NCBI GenBank assembly: GCA_019058445.1
Contig: JAHPZA010000008.1
Span: 10,315-74,314, forward strand
Direction: 5' to 3'
From: Promethearchaeota archaeon
GTDB taxonomy: Archaea; Asgardarchaeota; Lokiarchaeia; Sigyniarchaeales; SOKP01
DNA length: 64,000 bases
Part shown: one piece after another, positions 37,952-48,337 of the stretch
How positions within the stretch are numbered: the first letter of the stretch is position 1
Layout of the letters: each line of letters opens with the position of its first letter
The notes under the pieces: model-generated
What the model was told of the DNA's origin: nothing
The model's input: only the letters and a program-made list of their open reading frames with translations
The model's database searches: none
Made by a program: the position numbers and the translations under genes

Positions 37952-39130
37952 TTACAATTTCTTATATTCTTCTAGTATTTTTTTAGCAACATCATCAGTG
38001 TTGCTGTATTTTCCCTCTTTTCTAAAATTTAGAGGTACGGCATCTGCTGGTAAAAACATCCAATTCTTTTCAACATCAAGTCCATGAGCTAATGTATTTT
38101 CTAAGGCATGCATGAGTTTTTTAGATTCTGTTTCAAATCCTAAGTAATCAAGCATCAAGGTAGCTGAAACTATCGCTGCTGCAGGGTTTGCGATTTTTTG
38201 ACCTGCTATATCAGGAGCAGAACCATGAGTAGGTTCGAAATATGGGATTTTTGGACCATAAACACCAGAGCCAGCAACACCCAAACCTCCCACAATTTGA
38301 GCCGCTTCATCGCTCAAAATATCCCCCATCATATTGGGAATTACTATAGTATCGTGATAGTCAGGAAATCTTATTAACCGGGCCGCAAAATCATCCACAA
38401 TATAAGTCTCTACTTTTAAATCGGGAAATTCGGTCTCGGCTATTTTTTTTATTCTTTTAATGAACATACCGTCTTGCTGGCGAAAAATATTAGGTTTGCA
38501 GACGATTTCAAGCAATCCTTTTCCAACACCCTCATTTTTGCGTTTCATACACAGCTCGCAAGCTGCTCGACCTACTCTGTCAGTCGCGTGGGGGGATACC
38601 ACCCTTAGGCCATAAATTGCCTTTTCAGTCCATCTTTCAATCTCTGGTTTATAGATTAATCCTTTTTTAATTAATTTTGTAATTTTTCCTTCTTTCCCTA
38701 CTGCTGCATATGCGCCTTGCGTACATTCTCTTACAAACACATAATCAATGTTTTCTACCAATTCTGGTTTGAGATTGGTATCCATTCCTTTAAAATATTT
38801 GATAGGCCTTATATTAGCATAATTTCCAAGCCCCCAACGCAAATATGCAATGACTTGTGTTGCTGTTTCGTGCGTTGCTCCAAATAAAACTGCATCGCTA
38901 TTATTTACTGCTTCTTTTGATTCAGGAGGAAAAGCGTTACCATGTGTTTGTATAGCACTCTCTCCACAAGGCATACTTTTGATTTCTAAACCATTAATTT
39001 TCATTCCCTCCAAAATAAAAACAGTCGCGTTGACAACCGTTGGTCCGATACCGTCTCCCCCCAGAGCTGTGACAACTTTTTTTGATTTATCAATATTTGG
39101 GCATTTAAGCACGCTTCTGTATCGTTCCAT
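37952..39130 (-). CDS. Isocitrate/isopropylmalate/homoisocitrate dehydrogenase family (beta-decarboxylating dehydrogenase)
   Basis: GDGIGP, YANIRP, KPN, NMMGDILSD, FEPTHGSAPDIAG, ANP. Confidence 0.92.
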   Translation of the reverse strand: MERYRSVLKCPNIDKSKKVVTALGGDGIGPTVVNATVFILEGMKINGLEIKSMPCGESAIQTHGNAFPPESKEAVNNSDAVLFGATHETATQVIAYLRWGLGNYANIRPIKYFKGMDTNLKPELVENIDYVFVRECTQGAYAAVGKEGKITKLIKKGLIYKPEIERWTEKAIYGLRVVSPHATDRVGRAACELCMKRKNEGVGKGLLEIVCKPNIFRQQDGMFIKRIKKIAETEFPDLKVETYIVDDFAARLIRFPDYHDTIVIPNMMGDILSDEAAQIVGGLGVAGSGVYGPKIPYFEPTHGSAPDIAGQKIANPAAAIVSATLMLDYLGFETESKKLMHALENTLAHGLDVEKNWMFLPADAVPLNFRKEGKYSNTDDVAKKILEEYKKL

Positions 39131-39221
39131 TATTTTTTTTCCACTTCTTTATAATAATTATTTAATTTTAATTGAAAAATTAAGAGAGTTTTATTAATAA
39201 TAATTTAAATTAATCTTATTG

Positions 39222-39235
39222 CAGTTATAAATTTC
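39222..39235 (-). promoter_or_regulatory. BRE/TATA-like element GAAATTTATAACTG upstream of the dehydrogenase
   Basis: Identical to 35529..35542. Confidence 0.45.
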
Positions 39236-39440
39236 GATATATTACAATAAAAGTCTTTTAAGATAAATTATGTTCCTAAATAAATCAATTATTCATACAA
39301 ATATGTATTTTTTAGAAGCAAACTTTACTTTTTACACCAATATTTCTTTCTAGGTTTTTTTATATTAATTGTCTCATATAAATCACATACTAATTGATAT
39401 GAGAAATTGTATTTTTTACCAAGACGCCAAGCGCAAGAGT

Positions 39441-40109
39441 TTAGATTTTCTTAATAAGATTTTCTTTTAATTTTAAGAAATTTTTAAATTCTTCTGTAAG
39501 ATTTGTAGTTTGGTTGTTTATATTAATATTAGGTGGTAATTTCTCAATATCTCTTCTTTCATATCTTCTTTGAAATACAAATAATAAAAAAATAATAGAA
39601 CATATGAACAATGATATTATAAAAGCAGTAGTTCTAGAACTTTTTAGAAATTCGGAATTTTCAAATAACCCATGTAAGAGAAATATCGATGATATAAATA
39701 TTAGGATAAATGAGAAGAAAATTAAAAATTTGTCCAAAAGTTTAGCATAATAATTGGCTTCTATTTCTCTAATCGGGTTATGTATCTTGTTTCCTTTAAT
39801 CGTACAAGACTTAGCCTCAAATAACACAATTTTGTAGATTGAATTATTTATAATTGAAAGATAATAACTTTTATCTACCCAAATTTCAAAAATCCTGCTA
39901 TTTTCAATAGAAATATTTTGAGAATTTTTCAAATTAATTCGTTCAATAGTAATATTTCTTAGAATTATATTATAATCGATTTTTTCAAACCACAAGAGTT
40001 CATAAGGATCTTTAATAGAGTCAATAATGATAGGATCGCTTCTTGTACCAATACCTTTCCAATAATGCTTTTTTTGATATTCTTTTATATTATAGTTATT
40101 AATTATCAT
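39441..40109 (-). CDS. Parallel beta-helix repeat protein with two TM helices
   Basis: 'WKGIGTRSDPIII' cap motif followed by NI(S/T)I repeats; two hydrophobic helices near the C-terminus. Confidence 0.6.
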   Translation of the reverse strand: MIINNYNIKEYQKKHYWKGIGTRSDPIIIDSIKDPYELLWFEKIDYNIILRNITIERINLKNSQNISIENSRIFEIWVDKSYYLSIINNSIYKIVLFEAKSCTIKGNKIHNPIREIEANYYAKLLDKFLIFFSFILIFISSIFLLHGLFENSEFLKSSRTTAFIISLFICSIIFLLFVFQRRYERRDIEKLPPNININNQTTNLTEEFKNFLKLKENLIKKI

Positions 40110-40177
40110 TATCTATTCACAGATTTTTAGATATTTCAAGATATTTCTTCGATTATATCTCTGCAATCTTTCCTTTA

Positions 40178-40285
40178 TCATTTTTTATTTATCATTCTGT
40201 GTCCTCCAATATTCACTCCACCTAATGCGATAATAGTTTTTTTCGTTTTATCTAAATTTGGAATTTTTAATATCCTATTTGCCAT
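40178..40285 (-). pseudogene. 5' stub of an isocitrate/isopropylmalate dehydrogenase-family gene
   Basis: MANRILKIPNLDKTKKTIIALGG... vs LKCPNIDKSKKVVTALGG in 37952..39130 (12/18 aa identical), stops after 35 aa. Confidence 0.7.
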
Positions 40286-40428
40286 ACTTTTCACTTGTTC
40301 TTTTATTTAATAGATAAAATAATAATTTAAATATCAGTTTTTTCCCCTTTTTGAATCAATACTATAAAATAATTGTTTTCATTTGATTTGATTATAAAAC
40401 TAAAATAAATATATGCAATTGATAAAAA

Positions 40429-41274
40429 ATGAATTATGAGACAATAAAATTTGAATTGCAAGAAAATGGTATAGGATTTTTAACATTTACCAGAGCAGAT
40501 AAAGCAAATGCTATGTCGTTTCAAATGGTTGAAGAACTTCATTCGATATTTGACGATTTAATGATTAATCTGGATTGTAGAGTGCTAATTGTTAAAGCAG
40601 AGGGGAAAGTATTTAATGCCGGTCAAGATTTGAATGATGGAACGATTTTAAAGCAGAAAAAAAAGCCTGAACGCTATAAAAATTTTTATTATTTAGATAT
40701 CCCTGAAGTGCTTAAAAATTTTATGTATTATCAAACTCGGATCTCACATCTTATTATAAAAATGAGAAAAATTTCCCAACCAATTATTGCGATGGTTCAA
40801 GGTGCTGCAATGGGAGCAGGGTTCTCTTTTACTTTAGCAACTGATATCCGGATTGCCAGTAAGGAAGCAAAGTTCAATGCTGCTTATATTAACCTTGGAT
40901 TAACAGGTTCAGATATGGGTAGCAGTTACTTCCTACCTCGTCTAGTAGGTATGTCAAGAGCTGCTGAACTTTTATATACTGGACGCTTTTTTGATGCTGA
41001 GGAGGCTCTGAAAATGGGGTTTATCTTAAAAATTGTGGAGAGAGATAAATTACTTGATTCTGCTTTAGAACTTGCCGAAGAATTACTTACTAAAAGTCCT
41101 TTAGGATTAAGGATGACAAAACAAGCCATAAATTTAACTCTTGATTCTCCCAGCTTAGAAACAATGATTCAATTTGAAAATCGTGGTCAAGTATTAAGTG
41201 GTAGTTCTGAGGACATTTGGGAAGCATTTTATGCCTATATGGAAAAGCGAAAAGCCAAATTTCCTTTACGTTAA
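40429..41274 (+). CDS. Enoyl-CoA hydratase/isomerase (crotonase) family protein
   Basis: ANAM, FNAGQDL, PIIAMVQGAAMGAG, DIRIAS, LPRLVG, TGR. Confidence 0.92.
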   Translation: MNYETIKFELQENGIGFLTFTRADKANAMSFQMVEELHSIFDDLMINLDCRVLIVKAEGKVFNAGQDLNDGTILKQKKKPERYKNFYYLDIPEVLKNFMYYQTRISHLIIKMRKISQPIIAMVQGAAMGAGFSFTLATDIRIASKEAKFNAAYINLGLTGSDMGSSYFLPRLVGMSRAAELLYTGRFFDAEEALKMGFILKIVERDKLLDSALELAEELLTKSPLGLRMTKQAINLTLDSPSLETMIQFENRGQVLSGSSEDIWEAFYAYMEKRKAKFPLR

Positions 41275-41302
41275 AATAATACTATTTCAATCTTGAAAGA
41301 GA

Positions 41303-42688
41303 GTGAAAACTATCTTGAAAAATAATAAAAAACAGTGGTGGGAAAAACCCGGCTTTTCAATCATGTATCAGATAGAAGCGAGACCGGGTTGGTTTTGGAA
41401 TAGAAACTATGATAAATTTAACGCATCTATGATGGATGAGGAAGGAAAATTAAAATTTAACGGTCCTTTCTGTAAAATGAAAAAATGGGTTGAATTTTCG
41501 AAAAGAATTGGCGTAGATTACCATATTTTTGAAGTCAAATGGCATGACGGAATCTGTTATTGGGATACCAAATTAACCGAATGGAAAACGCCTGAAGATT
41601 ATGTTAAGATTTTTTCTGAAGAGAGTAAAAGAGCAGGTATTCCATATTTATACTATTATTCCAGTATTTTTGATCATAATCCCGATTTTGATGATATTCA
41701 ACCCCTTCGTGGTGTAACGCCATCCTTTATAGCAAAACATGATGAAACTAAAGAAAATATCGCGAAATATTCTAAAGGTTTCGCAGAACGTCTTAGAGAC
41801 ATGTTTATTGACCAAGTACAAGAAAGGGATATCCCCTATACAACTAAATTTTTTGATGATGTTGAATTTCATGATTTTACTTATAATCCTAAAAAATACG
41901 AGGATTACGTCTTGAATCAAATAAAGGAACTAATTGATAACTACCACCCCAATGGCATGTGGATGGATTGGTATTGGGGTACTGAAGAGGCATCTACTTT
42001 TTTAGTTATGAATTTCATGGAGAAAAATTATCCTGATACCATTCTAACCTATAATGTTAGTATAGACAGACACCCGAGATATATCCACTATTTATCTGGC
42101 GAAGCTCATGATGTTAAAACAGCCTGGCAGAGTGGTAAAAAATACAGGAGAAAAAAGAGACCTTGGGAATTATGTGGTCCAGCGGCTTACGGTTGGGATG
42201 TTCCACAGGCAAGACCAGATCCCTATGAAATATTTAGGATAGCTGTGATAATTATGGCTAGTGGTGGAAAATATTCTTTTGGTCTGCCTTCACAAATGGA
42301 TGGAGATTTATATCCCGAACCAGCGAAAAATGTGGAATTATTTGGTGAATGGTATAAATTAAGAAGAGAATTATTTACAGAGGCAATACCAATGAAATAT
42401 CGAGGAGAAAATGTTCCGGGAATCAAAATTAGTGAAGAAAATTTTGGAATTATTGGAACCTTCTATGAAAATGATAATTTAATCCATATTATTAATTTAA
42501 AAGGATTAAAAAAGGAGCTACTGCTTGAATTATTTGGAGATCAATGGCATAACATTACTAAAGTTATTCTTGAACCTCAGAAAAAAGAGCTTGAATTTTC
42601 TACGAAAAATAATATAACAATAATAAAATTAAACAAGAATGATATTGATCCTGCTGATACAATACTCCGAATTATTTCTAATAAATAA
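41303..42688 (+). CDS. GH29 (alpha-L-fucosidase-like) glycoside hydrolase, divergent
   Basis: KWHDG (cf. KHHDG), YYS, QIKEL, WMD nucleophile, PWE. Confidence 0.75.
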   Translation: MKTILKNNKKQWWEKPGFSIMYQIEARPGWFWNRNYDKFNASMMDEEGKLKFNGPFCKMKKWVEFSKRIGVDYHIFEVKWHDGICYWDTKLTEWKTPEDYVKIFSEESKRAGIPYLYYYSSIFDHNPDFDDIQPLRGVTPSFIAKHDETKENIAKYSKGFAERLRDMFIDQVQERDIPYTTKFFDDVEFHDFTYNPKKYEDYVLNQIKELIDNYHPNGMWMDWYWGTEEASTFLVMNFMEKNYPDTILTYNVSIDRHPRYIHYLSGEAHDVKTAWQSGKKYRRKKRPWELCGPAAYGWDVPQARPDPYEIFRIAVIIMASGGKYSFGLPSQMDGDLYPEPAKNVELFGEWYKLRRELFTEAIPMKYRGENVPGIKISEENFGIIGTFYENDNLIHIINLKGLKKELLLELFGDQWHNITKVILEPQKKELEFSTKNNITIIKLNKNDIDPADTILRIISNK

Positions 42689-42741
42689 TTTTTTATAGAA
42701 GAGATATATGCGAAAATCATATAATTAATGAGATTCAGACT

Positions 42742-44124
42742 ATGAATATTCAAAAAAATACTCCTCAAAAGAAAGAATGGTGGGAAAAACCTGGATTCTC
42801 TATTCAATATCAAATCGAGGCAAGACCTGGATGGCTTTGGAATAGAAATTATGATAAATTTAATGCGTTCATGATGGATGAAAATGGTAGTCTTAATTTC
42901 AATGGTCCTTTCTGTAAAATAAAAAAATGGGTGGAGTTTTCAAAGAAAGTTGGAGTAGATTATCATATGTTTGAAACCAAATGGCATGATGGAATATGTT
43001 ATTGGGATACAAAATATACTAAATGGAAGACTCCAGTTGATTACGTTAAGATTTTTTCTGAAGAAAGTAAAAAAGCAGGAATTCCAATCCTATTCTATTA
43101 TTCCAGTATTTTTGACCATAATCCCGATTTCGATGATATACAACCATTAAGAGAGATAACTCCTTCATTTATAGCTTTGCATAATGAAAAAAAAGATTTT
43201 ATTCCAGAATATTCAATGAATTATTTAAAAACAATTTGGGATATAACTAAAACTGAGATAGATGAGAGAAAAATACCTTATAAGGATGAATTCTTTTATG
43301 ATGTTAAATTTCACGATTTTAAGTATAATCCAGAAAAATATGAAGATTACTTACTCAAACAAATTAAAGAATTGATTGAGAAATATGAGCCAGATGGTAT
43401 GTGGATGGATTGGTACTGGAAGGATGCATCTACTCCCATAGTTATGGATTTTATGCAGAAAAATTATCCCTACATTCTTCTAATCTTTAATGTGAGTATT
43501 GATAAACGTCCAAAGTATGCAACATATTTATCCGGTGAAGCCCACGATGTTAAGACAGCATGGATAAGTGGTCAAAAATATAGATATAAAAAAAAACCTT
43601 GGGAACTCGTTGGACCTGCAGCTTATGCATGGGATGTTCCCCAAGCTAGACCCGATCCCTATGAAATTTTTCGAATAGCAGCTATTATAATGGCCAGTGG
43701 AGGTAAGTATTGTTTTGGTTTACCCTCTCAAATGGATGGGGAACTATATCCTGAACCAGCAAAAAATGTGGAAATGTTCGGAGACTGGTTTAAACTTAGA
43801 CGTAATTTATTTATTGAGGCTATTCCTATGAAATATAAAGGAGATAATGTTCCCGGAATTGAATTAAGCGAAGGTAATTATGGTACAATAGCTTCGATTT
43901 ATGGAGATCATAATTTAATTCATCTTATTAATTTTAAGGGATTACAAAAAGATATCATTTTAACATTCTCTCAAGAACTATGGAGTTGTATTAAGAAAAT
44001 AACTCTTGAGCCCTCCAAAAAGGAACTCAAATTTGTAGAAAAAGATGGTGTTATTACATTACTCTTGGCTAAGGTGGATATTGATTTAGCTGATACAATA
44101 ATTAGGGTTAGTAAGAAGCTATAA
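42742..44124 (+). CDS. GH29 (alpha-L-fucosidase-like) glycoside hydrolase, tandem paralog
   Basis: Colinear and highly similar to 41303..42688, same motifs. Confidence 0.75.
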   Translation: MNIQKNTPQKKEWWEKPGFSIQYQIEARPGWLWNRNYDKFNAFMMDENGSLNFNGPFCKIKKWVEFSKKVGVDYHMFETKWHDGICYWDTKYTKWKTPVDYVKIFSEESKKAGIPILFYYSSIFDHNPDFDDIQPLREITPSFIALHNEKKDFIPEYSMNYLKTIWDITKTEIDERKIPYKDEFFYDVKFHDFKYNPEKYEDYLLKQIKELIEKYEPDGMWMDWYWKDASTPIVMDFMQKNYPYILLIFNVSIDKRPKYATYLSGEAHDVKTAWISGQKYRYKKKPWELVGPAAYAWDVPQARPDPYEIFRIAAIIMASGGKYCFGLPSQMDGELYPEPAKNVEMFGDWFKLRRNLFIEAIPMKYKGDNVPGIELSEGNYGTIASIYGDHNLIHLINFKGLQKDIILTFSQELWSCIKKITLEPSKKELKFVEKDGVITLLLAKVDIDLADTIIRVSKKL

Positions 44125-44886
44125 CCGCACTTTCATAAATTCATTTATCATATTGCTTGCCGTCTTTTTCGCCTCCTTTTTATCAGAATCACTAGCTTCT
44201 AGAGGAAATCTAGGATTCTCTTTATAATATTGATAATCTGCTTCAAAGTACTCTTTATTTAACTTGGATATTGATTTAAAAATGTTAAACCTTACTAGAT
44301 CGCCCATTGTTGGTGTGTTTTTCTGCTTATTTTTTATGCTAGTAATAAAATTGTTAAATTCTTTCATAGTCTTTTCATGAACGTATTTCTTTTCCTTTTC
44401 TGAATTTAATGCTATTTCAAGTTCAAGAGATGAGACAACATTAAAACCAAATGTGCCAAAAATTCCTTTCATGAATTCATTCGTTTCTTTTGCTCCAAAC
44501 ATAGCGCAAACTGCCATTACCATTGCATATTTATCATAATAACGAGGTCTGTGGGCTTCATACCCAAATCTTTCCATGAAATTTTTCATTAATGAGGTAA
44601 CTTGATTAACATATACTGGAGATGCAAAAATTACCCCATCAGCTTCTAAAATTTCGTTGATAATCATATCTCGATCATCCTTTAGGGGACAATATTGTTC
44701 ACTTTTTGATATGCAAGTATAACATCCTTTACATTGCTTAAGATTTATCTCATTAAGCATCAATATCTTAAAATCAATATTAGGATAATTTTCTTTAATC
44801 ATATTAAGTACTGAATATGTATTACCTCTTTTTGGACTGCCACAAATTGCGAGAATTTTCATTTCTTTCATTATTTTTACATACAT
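44119..44886 (-). CDS. Flavodoxin / iron-sulfur flavoprotein (NADPH-dependent FMN reductase family)
   Basis: GSPKRGNT, CKGCYTC...C, ASPVY; true start probably a downstream ATG (MKILAI). Confidence 0.85.
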   Translation of the reverse strand: MYVKIMKEMKILAICGSPKRGNTYSVLNMIKENYPNIDFKILMLNEINLKQCKGCYTCISKSEQYCPLKDDRDMIINEILEADGVIFASPVYVNQVTSLMKNFMERFGYEAHRPRYYDKYAMVMAVCAMFGAKETNEFMKGIFGTFGFNVVSSLELEIALNSEKEKKYVHEKTMKEFNNFITSIKNKQKNTPTMGDLVRFNIFKSISKLNKEYFEADYQYYKENPRFPLEASDSDKKEAKKTASNMINEFMKVRL

Positions 44887-44927
44887 AGAATTTTAAAAAA
44901 AATATTATTTAAAAAATATAAATATTA

Positions 44928-45458
44928 TTATTTCTGCTTTAATTCAGCAAGGAGTTGCTTTTCAAGTCCTCCATTCTTAAGGAGGTTTAATAATATCGGA
45001 TGGATTTTTTTACCAACCAATTTTTTACCAGTTCTTAAATTAGTAACTTCTGCGTTTGGAATATTTATTTCAATCACATCTCCCGTTTCAAATTCATTAG
45101 AAATGCGTTCTACTTCTATAACAGGAAGTGCTCGCGCAATAGAGGAACGATAGAATATACGAGCAAATGATTTGGCTATAACGGCAGCAATTCCTTTTTC
45201 TTGTAATATCATAGGGGCGGTTTCCCGACTCGAGCCACATCCAAAATTTCGTCCTGCAACAATAATATCCCCTTCTTTAACTTGACCTGGGAATTCCTTT
45301 ATAATTGTGTCACATGTGTGTTTTAATGTTGCTTCCAAGTCATCTAAATATTGACCTGGTGAGATAGCGTCTGTATCAACATTATCTGGAAATACCCATA
45401 CTTTTCCTTTTAATACATCTTGATATTCTTTAATTTCTTTTTTACTTGATATTGCCAT
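44928..45458 (-). CDS. leuD: LeuD/HacB-type aconitase-family small subunit
   Basis: DNVDTD, NFGCGSSRE, SFARIFYR; substrate loop 'PGQYLDD' is atypical, so substrate is uncertain. Confidence 0.85.
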   Translation of the reverse strand: MAISSKKEIKEYQDVLKGKVWVFPDNVDTDAISPGQYLDDLEATLKHTCDTIIKEFPGQVKEGDIIVAGRNFGCGSSRETAPMILQEKGIAAVIAKSFARIFYRSSIARALPVIEVERISNEFETGDVIEINIPNAEVTNLRTGKKLVGKKIHPILLNLLKNGGLEKQLLAELKQK

Positions 45459-45470
45459 TTAGAACACCTC

Positions 45471-46739
45471 CTAAAATCCTCTCGGATCTGTAATTTCTCC
45501 TTTTAAAGCAGAAGCCGCTACAGTAGCAGGAGATCCTAAATAAACTTCTGATGCGGCACTCCCCATACGACCTTTAAAATTTCTATTCGCACTTGAAATA
45601 CATTTTTCACTTGGACCCAAAAGACCTCCTAGTGCCCCAAAACATGCACCGCACCCTGGATTAGTAATAATTGCTCCTGCATTCATTAAGATTTCAGATA
45701 TTCCTGATTTCGCAGCCTTTAACCAGATTTCCTTACTGGCAGGGGTCACTATCATGCGAACATCTTTGTGAATTGTTTTTCCCTCTAAAATTTTGGCAGC
45801 TATTTCTAAATCCTCATATCTTCCATTTGTACAAGAACCCAAAAATGCTTGATTAATTTTTGTGCCCGCAACCTCAGAAATAGGTTTTACATTATCAACC
45901 GTATGAGGACAAGAAATTTGAGGTTCCAAATCACTCACATCCATCTTATAAATTTCAGAATATACTGCATCAGGATCGGACTTGACTAATTCAAACGGTT
46001 CAGTGGTTCTGTTTTTTACCCAATCCACAACCTTTTGATCGGGAACGCCAAATGCAAATTTCGCTCCCAATTCTAAAGCAAAATTAGACATTGTCATTCT
46101 AGATGCAATGCTTAAATTTTCCATGGTATCTCCCGTGAATTCGATTGATTTATATGTCGCAACTTCCGCAGTATAATCTCCTGCGATTTTTATTATGATG
46201 TCTTTGCTCATAAGATTATAAGGTAATTTTCCAGTAATATTGAATTTAATAGTTTCAGGTACCCTAAACCATAATTCTCCTTTTACATATCCATAAAAAA
46301 GATCTGTATTACCAACTCCACAGCTACCTGCATTGAATGCTCCATATGTGGGTGTATGGCTATCTCCTCCAATTATAAGCATCCCAGGTCTTGCATGACC
46401 TTTTTCGGGAATAACTTGATGGCAGATCCCTTCCCTAATATCATAAAAATTCGTGATTCCTTGTTTTTTTACAAACTTCCGAATAAGATCATGAACTGCT
46501 GCCCATCGTTCGGAGGGTGCTGGCACATAATGATCGAATAATACTACAATCTTACTTGGATCAAAGATTTTTCGATTTTTAGAAGGTCTTATTTTATTAA
46601 AATCTAATACTACTTTTCCGGTTCCAATATGACTCATTATTAAATCTAATTTTGCATTAATAATATCATCTGGTTTAAAATCAGTTCCAGAAAGAGAATG
46701 AGATGCCAGAATTTTTTCCGCTATGGTTTTCCCACTCAT
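45471..46739 (-). CDS. leuC: LeuC/HacA-type aconitase-family large subunit
   Basis: TIAEKIL, FDH, GICHQ, DSHT, GSCTNGR, PGCGAC, NRNFKGRMG; isopropylmalate vs homoaconitate/other substrate not resolvable. Confidence 0.88.
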   Translation of the reverse strand: MSGKTIAEKILASHSLSGTDFKPDDIINAKLDLIMSHIGTGKVVLDFNKIRPSKNRKIFDPSKIVVLFDHYVPAPSERWAAVHDLIRKFVKKQGITNFYDIREGICHQVIPEKGHARPGMLIIGGDSHTPTYGAFNAGSCGVGNTDLFYGYVKGELWFRVPETIKFNITGKLPYNLMSKDIIIKIAGDYTAEVATYKSIEFTGDTMENLSIASRMTMSNFALELGAKFAFGVPDQKVVDWVKNRTTEPFELVKSDPDAVYSEIYKMDVSDLEPQISCPHTVDNVKPISEVAGTKINQAFLGSCTNGRYEDLEIAAKILEGKTIHKDVRMIVTPASKEIWLKAAKSGISEILMNAGAIITNPGCGACFGALGGLLGPSEKCISSANRNFKGRMGSAASEVYLGSPATVAASALKGEITDPRGF

Positions 46740-46797
46740 TTTATTACCTCATAAATTTAAATTAAGTAGAATAATAAATTATTATTTAAATTTCAAA

Positions 46798-48183
46798 TCA
46801 AAGTCCTAATTCCTTTAGTTTATCCTTATTTGAAGCAACTTTTTCTGGAGTAAGGTCATAAAGGATTAAGAAAGCAATCAAACCGATAATCATTATAAGC
46901 ATAGGGGCTATTGAGAATTGTATCCGGAGCCCTAATAAGGCTAAATCTGACTGTTTCTCCAATGAGGGATCGAAACCCGTCATAATATGTATGATCCAGA
47001 ATGTAAACGCTTGTATAATAATAGATAATCTCACCATAAATGTTCTGATTCCTAAAAATATACCTTCCTGACGTTTACCAGCATCAATCACTATTTCGTC
47101 AATACAATCAGAGAAAACTAATTGATTACCGTAATATATGGAAGCTACTCCAAAGCCCACAATACCGACCAAAAATACAGCAGACCATAAATCTACAAAG
47201 AAAAATAATAGACCTAAAGTTATAACAGCCCATATCAGGCCTAATAAAAAGAGTCCTCGATGACCGAGTTTATTGGTCAATTTCACCCAAAAAATTATTC
47301 CCACTAGCTGGCCGATGAGAAGTGCGACACCAAAATATATTTCGGCACCCGCAGGTAATCCCAATATGTATGGAACTATATAAGGTACAGAAGCCATCAT
47401 AATTGTAATTAGGGAGTGGAATGCAAGATACGCGATTAGATACGCAATAAAATTTTTATGTTTTCCGGCAATTTTCAACGCCTTAAGAAATGAATCCTGT
47501 TTTTTCTGTTTTTCAATAAAAATAGCAGCATTTTCTCTCATTTCTTGATCTTCACGGCATCCCGGGATAGTGATAAGGAAAGCTATAACTGAAATTATTG
47601 CCATTACTATCATTGCTAATATGTATGACTGTCTATCTCCATAAGTAATGAATAATGGAGGAAGTAATGTACCTAATGCAGTAGCAAATAACCCTATAGG
47701 GGCTCCAATCCCGGCAATCTTTCTGCGTTCCCTATCAGAGCGAAATTTATCGGGGAAAAGAGCATATGTGTTAGTCATCCAGGCTGAATAAAAAGCATCG
47801 TACAAACATATAGAAGCCAAAAACCATGCAAAAAGAAACATTGAGTGGGCAGAAGCATCATCAGCAGGAGGAGTAAATACAAAAACGATAAAGAAGCAAT
47901 ATGGAATTCCCGATGCGACTATCCAGGGAAATCTTCTACCGTATTTATTCCAAAATCGATTTGGTTTATCCGAAAAAAACCCTAAGAGAGGATCATTTAC
48001 CATGTTCCATAAACCATATATAATATAACCGATTAAGATAAGCGTCACATCAAGCCGTACTTCGTTTTCATAAAAAGCAAAAACTCTTGCAAGAAATACA
48101 GTGAATAGAAATGAGCGTACAAAGTAAGTGAATGCAAAACTTTTATAGATTTTGGGGGGATATTTTAATTCTGAATTTTCCAA
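46798..48183 (-). CDS. MFS transporter, GPH family
   Basis: WNMVNDPLLGFFSD, GRRFPW, DCIDE...KRQEG; TTG start after GAGGAG; paralog of 10397..11791. Confidence 0.9.
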   Translation of the reverse strand: MENSELKYPPKIYKSFAFTYFVRSFLFTVFLARVFAFYENEVRLDVTLILIGYIIYGLWNMVNDPLLGFFSDKPNRFWNKYGRRFPWIVASGIPYCFFIVFVFTPPADDASAHSMFLFAWFLASICLYDAFYSAWMTNTYALFPDKFRSDRERRKIAGIGAPIGLFATALGTLLPPLFITYGDRQSYILAMIVMAIISVIAFLITIPGCREDQEMRENAAIFIEKQKKQDSFLKALKIAGKHKNFIAYLIAYLAFHSLITIMMASVPYIVPYILGLPAGAEIYFGVALLIGQLVGIIFWVKLTNKLGHRGLFLLGLIWAVITLGLLFFFVDLWSAVFLVGIVGFGVASIYYGNQLVFSDCIDEIVIDAGKRQEGIFLGIRTFMVRLSIIIQAFTFWIIHIMTGFDPSLEKQSDLALLGLRIQFSIAPMLIMIIGLIAFLILYDLTPEKVASNKDKLKELGL

Positions 48184-48337
48184 TTCTTGTTCTCCTCGAT
48201 ATTTTATTATTTCTTATAGATGTTTAATTTAATTTATATTATTTATCTTGATAATTATGTTTTGTTATTAAAATTTATATATCTTAATGCTATTTTGGTA
48301 TTTTAACAAAAATATAAAGAAAGGATAGAGTTAATAT

